Source: an uncultured Candidatus Saccharibacteria bacterium
GTDB taxonomy: Bacteria; Patescibacteriota; UBA1384; JAMDBS01; DAOVQR01
NCBI GenBank assembly: GCA_964481135.1
Contig: CAYZSW010000005.1
Span: 28,126 to 92,125 of the forward strand
Reading direction: 5' to 3'
DNA length: 64,000 nucleotides
Positions 35,538 through 46,156 of the stretch are shown in pieces (positions within the stretch are counted from its first letter, which is position 1; each line of letters opens with the position of its first letter). The position numbers and the translations under genes are program-made. The notes below the pieces were generated by a model that had not been told where the DNA came from, searched no databases, and saw nothing but the letters and a program-made list of their open reading frames with translations.

Positions 35538-37514
35538 TTACTGATTGCTGTATTCGTAAATAACTCCGTTATTTCCCACAGCCCAACCTGATGGTGAGTT
35601 TGGAAAATAAACGCAGTTTATATCAGCAGATGTTGCAGGACTTAAGTTTTGTACTGCCCATGCAGATCCACCATTTGTAGTTTGGAAAATTTTCCCATTG
35701 CCAGCAGCAATGAATCCTGTTTGTGTATTTGTGAAATACACACCGTTAAACGGCGGAGGATTTGTAGCTACGGTTTGCTGCTGCCAAGGTGACGACAAAC
35801 TACTGGTTTTATATAAAAACCCATATCCATTATTTCCGGTACCTACTGCATACCAGGCTGATCCGGAATAACAAATCGAGTTTATTTTACCATCAGCGCA
35901 AATACTTGAATAATCCCAAGTACTTCCGCCATTGTCAGTATATCGGATATCAGGATAGTAACTGCCGCTAGAGTAAACATATCCAGCAATTACCCCATAG
36001 ACTCCATTGTAGTATACATTGCTAAATGATCCGGGATATGAATTTGAAGTAAAGATTGGAGACCAAGTTTGATTTGTATTGTTATATTGGGCTGCAACTT
36101 GGTATCCATCGGTACTCGTTCCTACAGCAGTCAAAATACCCGTATCATCCCAATAATGCGTATCTTCTATAATACTTATAGTTGCAATTGGGCTCGGAAA
36201 AGATGTAGGCATAGGAATTGGAGTGTAATTGCTTCCATCATTTGTGGTTACAATTACGCCCAAACCATTACTTTGCCCACTTACAATGTGTCCGGTACTA
36301 CCATATGGCGAAGTAGACATGGAATCATCTGGCAGAGGGGTTGCGGTATGCATAGCCCACGGAGAACTAGATGAGGGTTTGCGAACATATGTCCCTCCAT
36401 AGGCATGGTGCCCGGTTTGGCTATTATAAAAAATAGTTCTTAAATTACCACTTGTATTACTTTCCCTTGCTACCCACCGGTAGGGTGATGATGTGGGTGA
36501 AGGTCCAGGACTACTAGTTGGAATTGGCGTTGGATTGTAGTAGGTCATATCAATATCAGTAGTAGTGGTTTGACCACCTCTAATATTGACGGTTGTCGAA
36601 TAATTATGATACCCAGAACTGATTGCTCTTAGTTCATAAATTCCAGCTTGGATATCATTTATCCTATATGAACCAGTCGGATCTGAGTATGTCTGATACC
36701 AACGAGATTGATTATATAAATCAATTTGAACATTATAAATAGGCTGCCCGCCTGAATTTCTTACTGTCCCGTTCAAATTTCCAATCATGCTCGTCGGTAC
36801 GGGCTGTGGAATTTGAGATATATTAATCCTTTGAGGATTGTAATATGTAGTAGTAATTGTCCCACCAAAATTATTAGTAGGATTTTGCACAGTATATCCA
36901 TAATTACTACTCGGGCCAAGTTGTCCTGTACAATAATAGCCATGTTCATTAATTGGCACTATCGCAACAGTAAAAATCGGTGTCGGAGTTCTTAAATCTG
37001 TGTTTACAGAATCCACAGTAATTATTAACTCCCCACCTCCAACTATTTCATTTTCGATATTGGTTATTTCGCCATAGACCATAAGCCCTGGCGTGACAGT
37101 AGGTACTATGCCTTCAGTAGGATCATATATGTACAATCCTAAACCATTATTGTTTCTAGTAGTTTGCTGAAAAACAGCAATAATGGTTTTTTGGTATTTA
37201 TTGAGATACATATTAGACGCACCATCGTCATCAGTAATCGATTGATAGTATTCGTTTTGACTATCAAGTCCAACGAAATCCTTCCATAAATAGGCAATAC
37301 ATGTTGCGCCTTTAATAGGATTGCCATTTGCATCTTTAACAGTCAGCAGAACAATCTCGTGATTATCAACTGGTGTATCGCCATGAGGCGTAAACAATCC
37401 TCCACCTGAACCCGTGGAACAGCCAGTCGAAAAACAGTAAGCAACTAGCATTGCAACCAGTAGATTGATCACTAAAAACATTTTTGCCTTGCCATTTCTT
37501 TCCATTTTTAGCAC
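35538..37514 (-). CDS. large surface lipoprotein with CarboxypepD_reg-like and BNR/beta-propeller repeats
   Basis: lipobox ...LVAYCFSTGC; TDNGGSTWD / TTNGGSAW BNR-like motifs; GTVRNSGGQPIYNVQIDLYN; G/S/T/Y-rich, GC-elevated. Confidence 0.65.
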   Translation of the reverse strand: MLKMERNGKAKMFLVINLLVAMLVAYCFSTGCSTGSGGGLFTPHGDTPVDNHEIVLLTVKDANGNPIKGATCIAYLWKDFVGLDSQNEYYQSITDDDGASNMYLNKYQKTIIAVFQQTTRNNNGLGLYIYDPTEGIVPTVTPGLMVYGEITNIENEIVGGGELIITVDSVNTDLRTPTPIFTVAIVPINEHGYYCTGQLGPSSNYGYTVQNPTNNFGGTITTTYYNPQRINISQIPQPVPTSMIGNLNGTVRNSGGQPIYNVQIDLYNQSRWYQTYSDPTGSYRINDIQAGIYELRAISSGYHNYSTTVNIRGGQTTTTDIDMTYYNPTPIPTSSPGPSPTSSPYRWVARESNTSGNLRTIFYNSQTGHHAYGGTYVRKPSSSSPWAMHTATPLPDDSMSTSPYGSTGHIVSGQSNGLGVIVTTNDGSNYTPIPMPTSFPSPIATISIIEDTHYWDDTGILTAVGTSTDGYQVAAQYNNTNQTWSPIFTSNSYPGSFSNVYYNGVYGVIAGYVYSSGSYYPDIRYTDNGGSTWDYSSICADGKINSICYSGSAWYAVGTGNNGYGFLYKTSSLSSPWQQQTVATNPPPFNGVYFTNTQTGFIAAGNGKIFQTTNGGSAWAVQNLSPATSADINCVYFPNSPSGWAVGNNGVIYEYSNQ

Positions 37515-37629
37515 CTCTTATTAAAATAAAATTTCAACGAGCGTTGAGATGAAACTATTTTACACTATTTTCTTTATTAAATCAATAAAAAATTATGTAA
37601 TTTTTATAAATTTGTGTTATAATCAATTT

Positions 37630-38223
37630 ATGCAAAAAAAATCAACAATTTGGATATATATTTTAGTAGTATTTTTAATCCTTTCATTATTTTTTGGAGG
37701 TATTTATTATTATTTTCTCAGAGAAAAATTTGCAATAGAAACATTCGAAGAAATAACACGCAATGAGCAATCAGAAAAATTTTCTTCCTGTACGATATTT
37801 GATTCAAATCAAACTAAAGAGCTAACAGAAAATTGGGTTGTTTATGAAAACGAATATGTTAGTTTTATGCATCCTGACCAATGGACAATCACAACCAACA
37901 CCTCAGATCTAATAATATTTCAAGACTCATCTCAGTCAGATAAAAAAAATGAAACTGAATTCGCGGTCAGAATTAACGAGATGTCAAATTTAGGTTTGGA
38001 GGAATTTGACTTAGTAGAAAATAAAAAAAATCAGGTTGGCTGTGCATTGTCTGATCAAACAATTTTAAAATCAGCAAATTCTGATATTTTAATAGCCAAT
38101 TCCTTTTATGAAAAAGGTAATAAATACTTATTAACTTTTTATTACAGAGATATAAATCAAAAACATTCACAAGATTTGCAGGAAATTCACGATTTAATTA
38201 TTAAGACATTTGAATTTAAGTAA
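37630..38223 (+). CDS. signal-anchored hypothetical protein (197 aa)
   Basis: start ATG 37630 after TATAAT-like box; TM helix IWIYILVVFLILSLFFGGIYYYF. Confidence 0.55.
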   Translation: MQKKSTIWIYILVVFLILSLFFGGIYYYFLREKFAIETFEEITRNEQSEKFSSCTIFDSNQTKELTENWVVYENEYVSFMHPDQWTITTNTSDLIIFQDSSQSDKKNETEFAVRINEMSNLGLEEFDLVENKKNQVGCALSDQTILKSANSDILIANSFYEKGNKYLLTFYYRDINQKHSQDLQEIHDLIIKTFEFK

Positions 38224-38280
38224 CTATATTATAAAAATTGATTTTGCACATTATACCTAAATTTGATATCATTAATATGA

Positions 38281-38349
38281 ATTTCCTTGTGGCTTAAGAC
38301 CACAGGGTTTTCCCCGGCCTCGCTGCGCGAAGCGGGGCGGGCTGGCGAA
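38281..38349. repeat. GC-rich double-hairpin repeat element, copy B (inverted relative to 937-1006)
   Basis: atttccttgtggcttaagaccacagggttttccccggcctcgctgcgcgaagcggggcgggctggcgaa. Confidence 0.65.
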
Positions 38350-38434
38350 TTGTGATAAATCTCTGGCAATACATGAGATGTTAATTGAATATATTCGATT
38401 TATTAATGAATAAAAAATAATTATCAAGGCAAAA

Positions 38435-38785
38435 ATGACTGAAAGAATGAATAAAGTAAACGAACTATTGACACAGGAATTATCTAAAATATTTTTAAAA
38501 GAATACCAAGAAGATTTTGGTTTTATAAGCTTAACATATGTATTATGCGCCCCTGATCTAAAAACTGCCGAAGTTGGTATAAGTTTATTTAATAAATCAA
38601 ATCAAGAAATGCTAGTGAAAAAACTTAATATAGATTCAGAAAAAATTAGAAGAATGCTGGGTCAAAGTATTGTTCTTAAAAATATGCCGAAAATAAATTT
38701 TAAACAGGATAATGGAGTAGAAAAAGTTATTCAAATTGAATCGATATTAAACAAAATTTCAAAAGAAAATAAAAATGAAAATTAA
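38435..38785 (+). CDS. rbfA: ribosome-binding factor A
   Basis: RMNKVNELLTQELSKIF...GFISLTYVLCAPDLKTAEVGISL...IRRMLGQSIVLKNMPKINFKQD RbfA pattern. Confidence 0.75.
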   Translation: MTERMNKVNELLTQELSKIFLKEYQEDFGFISLTYVLCAPDLKTAEVGISLFNKSNQEMLVKKLNIDSEKIRRMLGQSIVLKNMPKINFKQDNGVEKVIQIESILNKISKENKNEN

Positions 38786-39149
38786 GCTATATTTATTCAC
38801 AATTTTTATTATTACACTCATTGCTTTAGGAACATGGTTTTTAATATTATTTAATATTAACCCATACCAAACAGATATAATAAGTAGAGCTTCATTTTTT
38901 GTAAGTTTATTAATTTGGATTACAGGAATTCTATCATTAATATTATTTTACCTTAGAATAAAACTTTCTAACAAAGAAATTATTTTTGCATTTTTACCAC
39001 TTTCTGTAAGACAGTCATTTTTATTTTCACTGTCATTAGTACTAATATTAATCTTATCTTCTTTAAATGTTTTGACATGGTGGAGTGCTGTTTTAGCTGT
39101 AGCATCAATTTTAATCTTAGATTTATTTTTTAAAACAAGGAAAGCATGA
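38775..39149 (+). CDS. small membrane protein (4 TM, hypothetical)
   Basis: hydrophobic ORF overlapping rbfA stop and pheS start. Confidence 0.5.
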   Translation: MKIKLYLFTIFIITLIALGTWFLILFNINPYQTDIISRASFFVSLLIWITGILSLILFYLRIKLSNKEIIFAFLPLSVRQSFLFSLSLVLILILSSLNVLTWWSAVLAVASILILDLFFKTRKA

Positions 39150-39847
39150 AAACAAAAGGAAACTTACATCCTATTACACAATTCAACCGTGAAGCATTAA
39201 AATACTTTATTAACCGTGGTTTTAAAATTTTAGAAGGCAATGAAATTGAATCTGAATGGTATAATTTTGATGCACTTAATGTGCCGACAGATCATCCCTC
39301 AAGAGATTTACAAGATACTTTCTGGGTGAAATCTAAAAAAACTCCAGAAGCACTAAGAGTTCACACTACAGCATCAGAATCGCGTATTATATTTGAAAGA
39401 AAAATTAAACCGCCATTTAAGATTATTGTTCCAGGTAGAACATTTCGCAACGAAAGAACTGATGCTACTCACGAACACACATTTAATCAAATTGATGGAA
39501 TTGTCGTAGATAAAAATATTAATATGGGGCACTTAATTGGGACGCTTGAAGATTGGATGAAGACAGTTTTTGGTAAAGATATTAAAATTAGAACAAGACC
39601 ACATTTGTTTCCTTTTGTAGAACCAGGACTTGAAATGGATGTTATGCTTTCTGATGGAAAGTGGCGTGAAATGCTTGGTGCTGGTATGGCTCATCCAGTG
39701 GTACTTAAAAATATGGGCATAGATCCAGAAAAATGGCAAGCAATTATGTGGGGAGCGGGAATTGACAGATATGCAATGATCAAATACAAAATTAGAGACA
39801 TTAGAAAATTTCACTCACAGGATCTAAGATTTATTAAACAATTTTAA
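39146..39847 (+). CDS. pheS: phenylalanine--tRNA ligase alpha subunit (short form, catalytic core)
   Basis: FRNERTDATHEHTFNQIDG; FPFVEPGLEMDV; GAGMAHPVVLKNMGID class II motifs. Confidence 0.88.
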   Translation: MKTKGNLHPITQFNREALKYFINRGFKILEGNEIESEWYNFDALNVPTDHPSRDLQDTFWVKSKKTPEALRVHTTASESRIIFERKIKPPFKIIVPGRTFRNERTDATHEHTFNQIDGIVVDKNINMGHLIGTLEDWMKTVFGKDIKIRTRPHLFPFVEPGLEMDVMLSDGKWREMLGAGMAHPVVLKNMGIDPEKWQAIMWGAGIDRYAMIKYKIRDIRKFHSQDLRFIKQF

Positions 39848-39861
39848 AATTTAAATTTATT

Positions 39862-41748
39862 ATGAAAATATTATATAACTGGATAAAAGAATTTGTTCCA
39901 TTAAATGTAAAGCCAAATAAACTGTCGCATGATTTAAGTTTGTTTGGACACGAAGTTGAAAAAATCGAAAAATACAAAAAAGATTTTGTACTTGATTTTG
40001 AAATTACACCAAACAGAGGCGATCTCTTATCACACATCGGAATGTCTAGAGAAATTGCATCTCTTTACAATTTAAAAATGAAAATACTAAGCATTAAAAT
40101 AAATGAAAATAAATTAAGTAAAAAAATAAACATAAACATTTTAAATTATGATGTTTGCCAAAGATTTACCGCTCGTGTAATTGATAATATTCAAGTGAAA
40201 GAATCACCCCAATGGATTAAAGACAGATTAATTGCGTATGGTTTTCGCCCAATCAATAATATTGTTGATATTACAAATTATGTAATGATAGAAACAGGTC
40301 AACCACTTCACGCTTTCGACTACAATAAAATTTCAAACGGAATAATAAAAATCCGTAATGCTAAGCACAATGAAAGCATTGTTACTTTAGACGGTAAAAA
40401 TAGAATTTTGAACGAAGATTCTATTGTAATAGAAGATCGTAAAAAAATTTACGATTTGGCTGGAATTATGGGTGGTTATAATTCTGAGATTGATACAAAA
40501 ACCAAAACAATTGTTCTGCAAGGTGCAATTTTTAACCCAAAGCACATACGAAGGACATCAAAAAAATTAAAACTCATAACAGATGCTTCGTACCGTTATG
40601 AGCGCGGAGTAGATTTTAATGGAACACAATTTGGAGTTGATAGAGCTACTTTTATTATTCAATCAATATGTAAAAAAAGTATTATTAGTAAGATATATGA
40701 TGTAAAAAGCAATTACAAAGAATCTAAAATCAAAGTTGATTTTAATAAAATTAATAATTTAATTGGTACAAATTTAAAAGAAACAGAGATTAAAAAAATA
40801 CTTACAAGTTTAAATTTTAAAGTAAATTCAAATATAATTACAGTTCCAAGTTATAGGATAAATGATGTTAAAATATGGCAGGATATTGCAGAAGAGGTAG
40901 CTAGAAAATTCGGATATAATAATATTCGAAAACTTTATTTAAAAAAAGAAAAACCACTTCAAAATAATGATTTTTCTCAAAAAGAAAATTTGCGAGATTT
41001 ATTATTTCAACATGGATTTTCTGAAGTATATTCGTATACCTTTTGTGATGAAAAGCTAATTAAATTATTAAAATTTAATCTTAATAATTGCAGATATGTA
41101 ATAAATTCAATTTCTCCGGAAAATAAATACTTAAGACCAAGTTTGACCATCTCACTTTTAAGCGCAGTCGCAAAAAATCCATGGGCTCCTGAAATAAATA
41201 TTTTTGAGATCGGAAAAATTTTTTATAATAATAAAGAAAAATGGCAATTAGGAATTGTTACAACCAATAAAAAAGCTGAAAATATTAAAGAAATATTATT
41301 AAAACTTAACATAAAAAATGAAATTATGCCAGTTCCGCAAAATACATTAGATTACCTAAAAATTCGAAAACAAATAAAATATGCTGTCGTGGATTTAATA
41401 GAAATTAAAAAATTAAGTAATCATTATTTAGATCATTTTCCCAATATTGAGTACAATCTAATTTCTGATTATCCACCTACAATAAGAGATTTGGCTTTTA
41501 TAGTTGATAAAAAAATTGATTCAAATTTATTAATCAACGATATTAAATCATTAAATAAAAAAATTTTCTTAGTTGAATTATTTGATGAGTTTATATCGGA
41601 TAAGTTTGGAAAAAATAAAAAAAATTTAGCATTTCATATATGGATGCAAAATATCTCAAGTCCAATGAAAGACAAAGAAATTAAAACAATAATTAATAAA
41701 ATAATTTGCTTTATTGAGCAAAAATATCAAGCAAAACTAAGAGGTTAA
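39862..41748 (+). CDS. pheT: phenylalanine--tRNA ligase beta subunit (short form)
   Basis: B3/B4 and B5 region similarity; adjacent to pheS. Confidence 0.8.
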   Translation: MKILYNWIKEFVPLNVKPNKLSHDLSLFGHEVEKIEKYKKDFVLDFEITPNRGDLLSHIGMSREIASLYNLKMKILSIKINENKLSKKININILNYDVCQRFTARVIDNIQVKESPQWIKDRLIAYGFRPINNIVDITNYVMIETGQPLHAFDYNKISNGIIKIRNAKHNESIVTLDGKNRILNEDSIVIEDRKKIYDLAGIMGGYNSEIDTKTKTIVLQGAIFNPKHIRRTSKKLKLITDASYRYERGVDFNGTQFGVDRATFIIQSICKKSIISKIYDVKSNYKESKIKVDFNKINNLIGTNLKETEIKKILTSLNFKVNSNIITVPSYRINDVKIWQDIAEEVARKFGYNNIRKLYLKKEKPLQNNDFSQKENLRDLLFQHGFSEVYSYTFCDEKLIKLLKFNLNNCRYVINSISPENKYLRPSLTISLLSAVAKNPWAPEINIFEIGKIFYNNKEKWQLGIVTTNKKAENIKEILLKLNIKNEIMPVPQNTLDYLKIRKQIKYAVVDLIEIKKLSNHYLDHFPNIEYNLISDYPPTIRDLAFIVDKKIDSNLLINDIKSLNKKIFLVELFDEFISDKFGKNKKNLAFHIWMQNISSPMKDKEIKTIINKIICFIEQKYQAKLRG

Positions 41749-41752
41749 AAAT

Positions 41753-43204
41753 ATGAAAAATAGAATTTTATCAGATAAAATCAACTCAATGGTTGGAAAA
41801 AAAATTAAAATGGCAGGATGGGTCCATTCCAGAAGAGATCATGGAAAACTAATTTTTATAGATCTCAAAGATGATAAAGGAATAACACAATTAGTTTTTT
41901 TACCAAACAATAAAAATGCATACCAAAACGCAAAAGTACTAAAAACCAATTATGTTATCGAGGTTGGTGGTAATGTTAATAATAGACCCCCTAAATTAAT
42001 TAATAAAGACATAATCAGTGGTAGTGTAGAGTTAGAGGTTAACGAGTTAGAAATTCTAAACAAGTCACAAAATCCTCCTTTTGAAATTGATAAAAACACT
42101 GTACTTGTTGATGAAGAGTTAAGGTTAAAATATCGATATTTAGATCTTAAATCTAAACGAATGCGTACAAATATTCACAATAGATACAAAATCCTATATT
42201 TTTTAAGAAATTTTTTAAATGAACAAAATTTTATTGAAATACAAACTCCGATTTTATCTAAATCAACGCCAGAAGGTGCTAGAGATTATTTAGTACCTTC
42301 TAGATTGCATCCGGGTAAGTTTTTTGCCTTGCCTCAATCTCCCCAACAATATAAACAACTTATAATGATTTCCGGATTTGAAAAATATTTTCAAGTTGCA
42401 CCTTGTTTTCGCGACGAAGATGCAAGAGCTGACAGAAGTCCAGGAGAATTTTATCAACTAGATATGGAAATGTCCTTTATGTCACAAGAAGAAATATTAG
42501 ATTTAGTTGAAAAAATGTTTACTCAATTAATTAAGAAAATATTTCCTAACAAAGTTATTACAAAATCACCTTGGCCAAGACTAACGCACGATGAAGTAAT
42601 GAAAAAATACAAATCAGATAAGCCAGATTTACGAAAAAATAAAAATAATCCTGATGAATTAGCTTTCACCTGGATATTAGATTTTCCTTTGTTTAATAAA
42701 CAAACTAAAGAAGATTTTTTTCATGGATCTGGCTCTAATCTTGCACCTTCGCATCACATGTTTACAGCACCTAAAAAAGAAGATATTAAACTACTTGAAA
42801 AAGATCCATTAAAAGTTAAGTCTTATCAACATGACCTAGTATTAAATGGATTAGAGCTCGGTGGTGGTAGCATTAGAATTCATGAGTGGGAAATACAGGA
42901 AAAAATTTTTGATCTTTTGGGTTTTACTAAGCAACAAAAAGAACAATTTAATCACCTAAAAACAGCTTTTTCTTATGGAGTACCTCCGCATGGAGGAATA
43001 GCACCAGGTATTGATAGATTAGTTAGTATCCTCTGTAATGAAAATAATATTAAAGAAGTTATTGCATTTCCACTTACAGGAGAGGCGAGAGATCCGTTAA
43101 TGGATTCACCGACCGAAGTCACCAAAAAGCAGCTTAAAGATGTTCATATTAAAACTGATTTTGAGCAAAAACCAAATCAAAACAAACATTATAAAAAACT
43201 ATGA
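41753..43204 (+). CDS. aspS: aspartate--tRNA ligase, archaeal/eukaryal-type (no GAD insertion)
   Basis: FIDLKDDKGITQLVF; LRLKYRYLDLK; QSPQQYKQL; FRDEDARADRSPGEFYQLDME; FTWILDFPLF; GGGSIRIH; GIDRLV. Confidence 0.8.
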   Translation: MKNRILSDKINSMVGKKIKMAGWVHSRRDHGKLIFIDLKDDKGITQLVFLPNNKNAYQNAKVLKTNYVIEVGGNVNNRPPKLINKDIISGSVELEVNELEILNKSQNPPFEIDKNTVLVDEELRLKYRYLDLKSKRMRTNIHNRYKILYFLRNFLNEQNFIEIQTPILSKSTPEGARDYLVPSRLHPGKFFALPQSPQQYKQLIMISGFEKYFQVAPCFRDEDARADRSPGEFYQLDMEMSFMSQEEILDLVEKMFTQLIKKIFPNKVITKSPWPRLTHDEVMKKYKSDKPDLRKNKNNPDELAFTWILDFPLFNKQTKEDFFHGSGSNLAPSHHMFTAPKKEDIKLLEKDPLKVKSYQHDLVLNGLELGGGSIRIHEWEIQEKIFDLLGFTKQQKEQFNHLKTAFSYGVPPHGGIAPGIDRLVSILCNENNIKEVIAFPLTGEARDPLMDSPTEVTKKQLKDVHIKTDFEQKPNQNKHYKKL

Positions 43205-44169
43205 ATAAACAAAAAAAATATATTATTCTAATAATTATTCTACTTGTATTAGTAGCAATAGTTCAATATAAAATTCTAAAAATAGCACCCGGTAATGCTA
43301 ATAATATTAAAACTGACTTTAAAAATAATGAAGAAATTTTGGATTATAATATTGATGACATTAAAATTAGTGATATAAATTTACCTCCACAAAAAAAAGA
43401 AACATATACTGAACCAAAGATTTTTGCAAAAAATTACATTTTAGTAGATGCAAATTCTTTTTACACGCTTACCGAAAAAGACTCAAATGCGTATGTACCA
43501 ATAGCTAGCACAACAAAAATAATGACAGCAATTATAGTATTAGAGAACTATAATTTGAATGAAGTAATAACTGTATCCGAAAAAGCATGTAATCAAATTG
43601 GTTCAAGTATATTTCTTAGAAAAAACGAAACAATTAGTATTGAAAATTTACTTTTTGGTCTTTTGATTTCTTCTGGCAATGACAGCGCAATGGCACTCGC
43701 TGAAAATATCGGCTTACCTGAATTTGTAGATAAAATGAATGAAAAAGCTAAAAGTTTAAATCTTGATAATACAGTTTTTAAAGACCCTGCCGGACTAGAT
43801 GACAATGGTAAATCATCAGCAAAAGATTTGGCAATACTTACGGCATATGCTTTAAAAAATGATGATTTTAGAAGGATAATAAAAATATCAGATTTAACTA
43901 TTTACTCAGAAGATAAAAAAATCACTCATACGCTAAAAGGATCAAACAGATTAGTAACAATTAATGAACCGTTGTTTTATAAATACGCCTTGGGTGTTAA
44001 AACAGGGTTCACCCCTGAAGCGGGTCACTGTCTAGTCGCAGCAGCAGAAAAAGAAGATAATATGCTAATTTCGGTCGTACTTAATACCTCTTATTCTTCA
44101 AAAGATGCTAGTGCTAGAGAATCAAAAAAATTATTAGAATGGGGTTTTGAAAATTATAATTTTCAATAG
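43201..44169 (+). CDS. D-alanyl-D-alanine carboxypeptidase (peptidase S11, PBP5-like)
   Basis: SxxK IASTTKIMTA; SxN ISSGND; KTG VKTGFT; N-terminal TM. Confidence 0.82.
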   Translation: MNKQKKYIILIIILLVLVAIVQYKILKIAPGNANNIKTDFKNNEEILDYNIDDIKISDINLPPQKKETYTEPKIFAKNYILVDANSFYTLTEKDSNAYVPIASTTKIMTAIIVLENYNLNEVITVSEKACNQIGSSIFLRKNETISIENLLFGLLISSGNDSAMALAENIGLPEFVDKMNEKAKSLNLDNTVFKDPAGLDDNGKSSAKDLAILTAYALKNDDFRRIIKISDLTIYSEDKKITHTLKGSNRLVTINEPLFYKYALGVKTGFTPEAGHCLVAAAEKEDNMLISVVLNTSYSSKDASARESKKLLEWGFENYNFQ

Positions 44170-44233
44170 TTGACAAAAATTATTACTCTAGATATTATTA
44201 AATTGTCGTTCGTATTTAATCAAAAGGAGTATT

Positions 44234-44959
44234 ATGTCAATTATTGATGATATGTTGATTTTAGTAGAAGATCAAAATGAAATTTCGCTTCAAAACGCTT
44301 TTAAAAAAATGAGTAAATTTAAAAAGCAAACTATTTCCTCGAGCTTAGGTAGATTATCAGCAAAAGGACTAATAGATAAATACTCTAGGAATCAAGAAAA
44401 ATTTTATAAAATTAATCGATCAGGAACTAAGCTGATCGATAAAGAATTAGAATATATTAATTACATTGACCCAAAAAATATTCCTAACGAATGGAATATG
44501 GTGATATTCAACATACCCGAAAAACTAAGGAAGCACAGGGATGAATTAAGAAGACAATTAGTAAATCATGGATTTGGTAGATTACATGACAGTTTGTGGT
44601 TTTCAAAATGTAATCTTAATAACCAAATAAAAGAAATTGCTTTAACAATGCAAATTGAAAAAAATTTATTATTTATCAAAACTACTATTTTAGATCAAAA
44701 GGAAGAAAAACAAATAATCGCAAAGTTATATTGGGATTGGCAAAAAATTGAAAAAAGTTATAATCAGTTTTGTAGCGTCTGTAAAAATTTTTTACAAAAA
44801 ACTAACAAAGATAAATTTCAAGCAAAGCAATTAGTTTATCAATTATCTAAAATAATTAAAGCAGATCCAAAAATTAATGAAATTTATTATCCAGAGGGTA
44901 TTAAAAAAGAACAAGCGATATCATACTATAAAAAAATTAGACCTTATTGCTATAATTGA
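44234..44959 (+). CDS. PaaX-like winged-helix regulator family protein (tentative)
   Basis: WNMVIFNIPEKLRKHRDELRRQLVNHGFGRLHDSLWFS resembles PaaX middle domain. Confidence 0.4.
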   Translation: MSIIDDMLILVEDQNEISLQNAFKKMSKFKKQTISSSLGRLSAKGLIDKYSRNQEKFYKINRSGTKLIDKELEYINYIDPKNIPNEWNMVIFNIPEKLRKHRDELRRQLVNHGFGRLHDSLWFSKCNLNNQIKEIALTMQIEKNLLFIKTTILDQKEEKQIIAKLYWDWQKIEKSYNQFCSVCKNFLQKTNKDKFQAKQLVYQLSKIIKADPKINEIYYPEGIKKEQAISYYKKIRPYCYN

Positions 44960-45642
44960 TCAATTTTTTCAATAGCAGATTTTGCAGCTGCTTGTTCTGC
45001 TTCCTGTTTTGAGGATCCACGACCGACACCTAATTGCTTTTCTCCAATCAAAACTCCGATTTCAAAAACTTTATTATGATCTGGGCCAGATTCTTCTATT
45101 AATATATAAGAAGGTGTAATAGAAAATTTCTCTTGAGATAATTCTTGTAAATTACTTTTTGCATCTAAATATGTTTTGTTTTTAATAATATCGGGCAATT
45201 TAATTATTAGATGTTTAAAAACAAATTTTTTTGCCTCATCATAACCTCTATCGAGATAAATTCCACCAATAAGGGCTTCAAAAGCATTTGCCAAAATGAT
45301 TTGCCTGGCCTTACCAGTGCTTTTTTGTTCGCCATGGGAAAGATATAGATAATCATCTATTTCAATCTCTGAAGCTAAATTTGAAAGCATTTGACCTTTT
45401 ACAAGTGCGCTTCTCCAATTAGTTAATTCTCCTTCAGGGTTATTAAAATTTCTATACAAATAGTCAGTAACAATTAATTCCAGTACCGCATCACCTAAAA
45501 ATTCTAATCTTTCATTATGATCAATTTTAATATCCGTATGCTCATTCAGGTAGGATCTATGAATAAATATCGATTTTAGAATGTCTTTATTTTTAAAATA
45601 TAATTTATTTTTTTGCTCAAATTTTGATAAATCTTTTTTCAT
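44950..45642 (-). CDS. rnc: ribonuclease III
   Basis: ERLEFLGDAVLELIV signature; C-terminal dsRBD. Confidence 0.92.
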   Translation of the reverse strand: MKKDLSKFEQKNKLYFKNKDILKSIFIHRSYLNEHTDIKIDHNERLEFLGDAVLELIVTDYLYRNFNNPEGELTNWRSALVKGQMLSNLASEIEIDDYLYLSHGEQKSTGKARQIILANAFEALIGGIYLDRGYDEAKKFVFKHLIIKLPDIIKNKTYLDAKSNLQELSQEKFSITPSYILIEESGPDHNKVFEIGVLIGEKQLGVGRGSSKQEAEQAAAKSAIEKIDQL

Positions 45643-45647
45643 TGTAT

Positions 45648-46148
45648 TTATTTATTAATATCTATTAAATTTATGTCGTCGTTGTATTCAGGAATATCTT
45701 GCTCAGCTTCAACAATGTTGTCGTCGATGCCGTCTTGACTATATCTAGGGTCATTTTTGAATAAGGTACCAAGTACTCCGTTTACAAATTTTGAAGAATT
45801 TTCACTTCCGTATATTTTTGCAATTTCAACTGCTTCATTAATAACAACTTTTGGAGGAATATCTCTTGAAAACAATAGTTCATAAATCGCAACCCTTAAT
45901 ATTGCTTTATCAATTTTTGCAATTTGATCTATCGGCCACTCGGGTGCAGCATCAGAAATAATTTTGTCAATTTTTTTTAAATTTTTAATTACTTCACCAA
46001 CGCATTTATGAATATATGTTTTATCACATTCTTCTTGATATGCTGAAATATTTCTATTTGCAATATCATAAATATTAGAATCTGATCTAAAATCAGATTC
46101 ATATAAAGATTGCATAATTATTACTCTTGAAAGATGTCGGTTTGCCAA
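45648..46148 (-). CDS. nusB: transcription antitermination factor NusB
   Basis: [17 protein letters not shown]...[27 protein letters not shown]. Confidence 0.82.
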   Translation of the reverse strand: MANRHLSRVIIMQSLYESDFRSDSNIYDIANRNISAYQEECDKTYIHKCVGEVIKNLKKIDKIISDAAPEWPIDQIAKIDKAILRVAIYELLFSRDIPPKVVINEAVEIAKIYGSENSSKFVNGVLGTLFKNDPRYSQDGIDDNIVEAEQDIPEYNDDINLIDINK

Positions 46149-46156
46149 CTTTTCTC

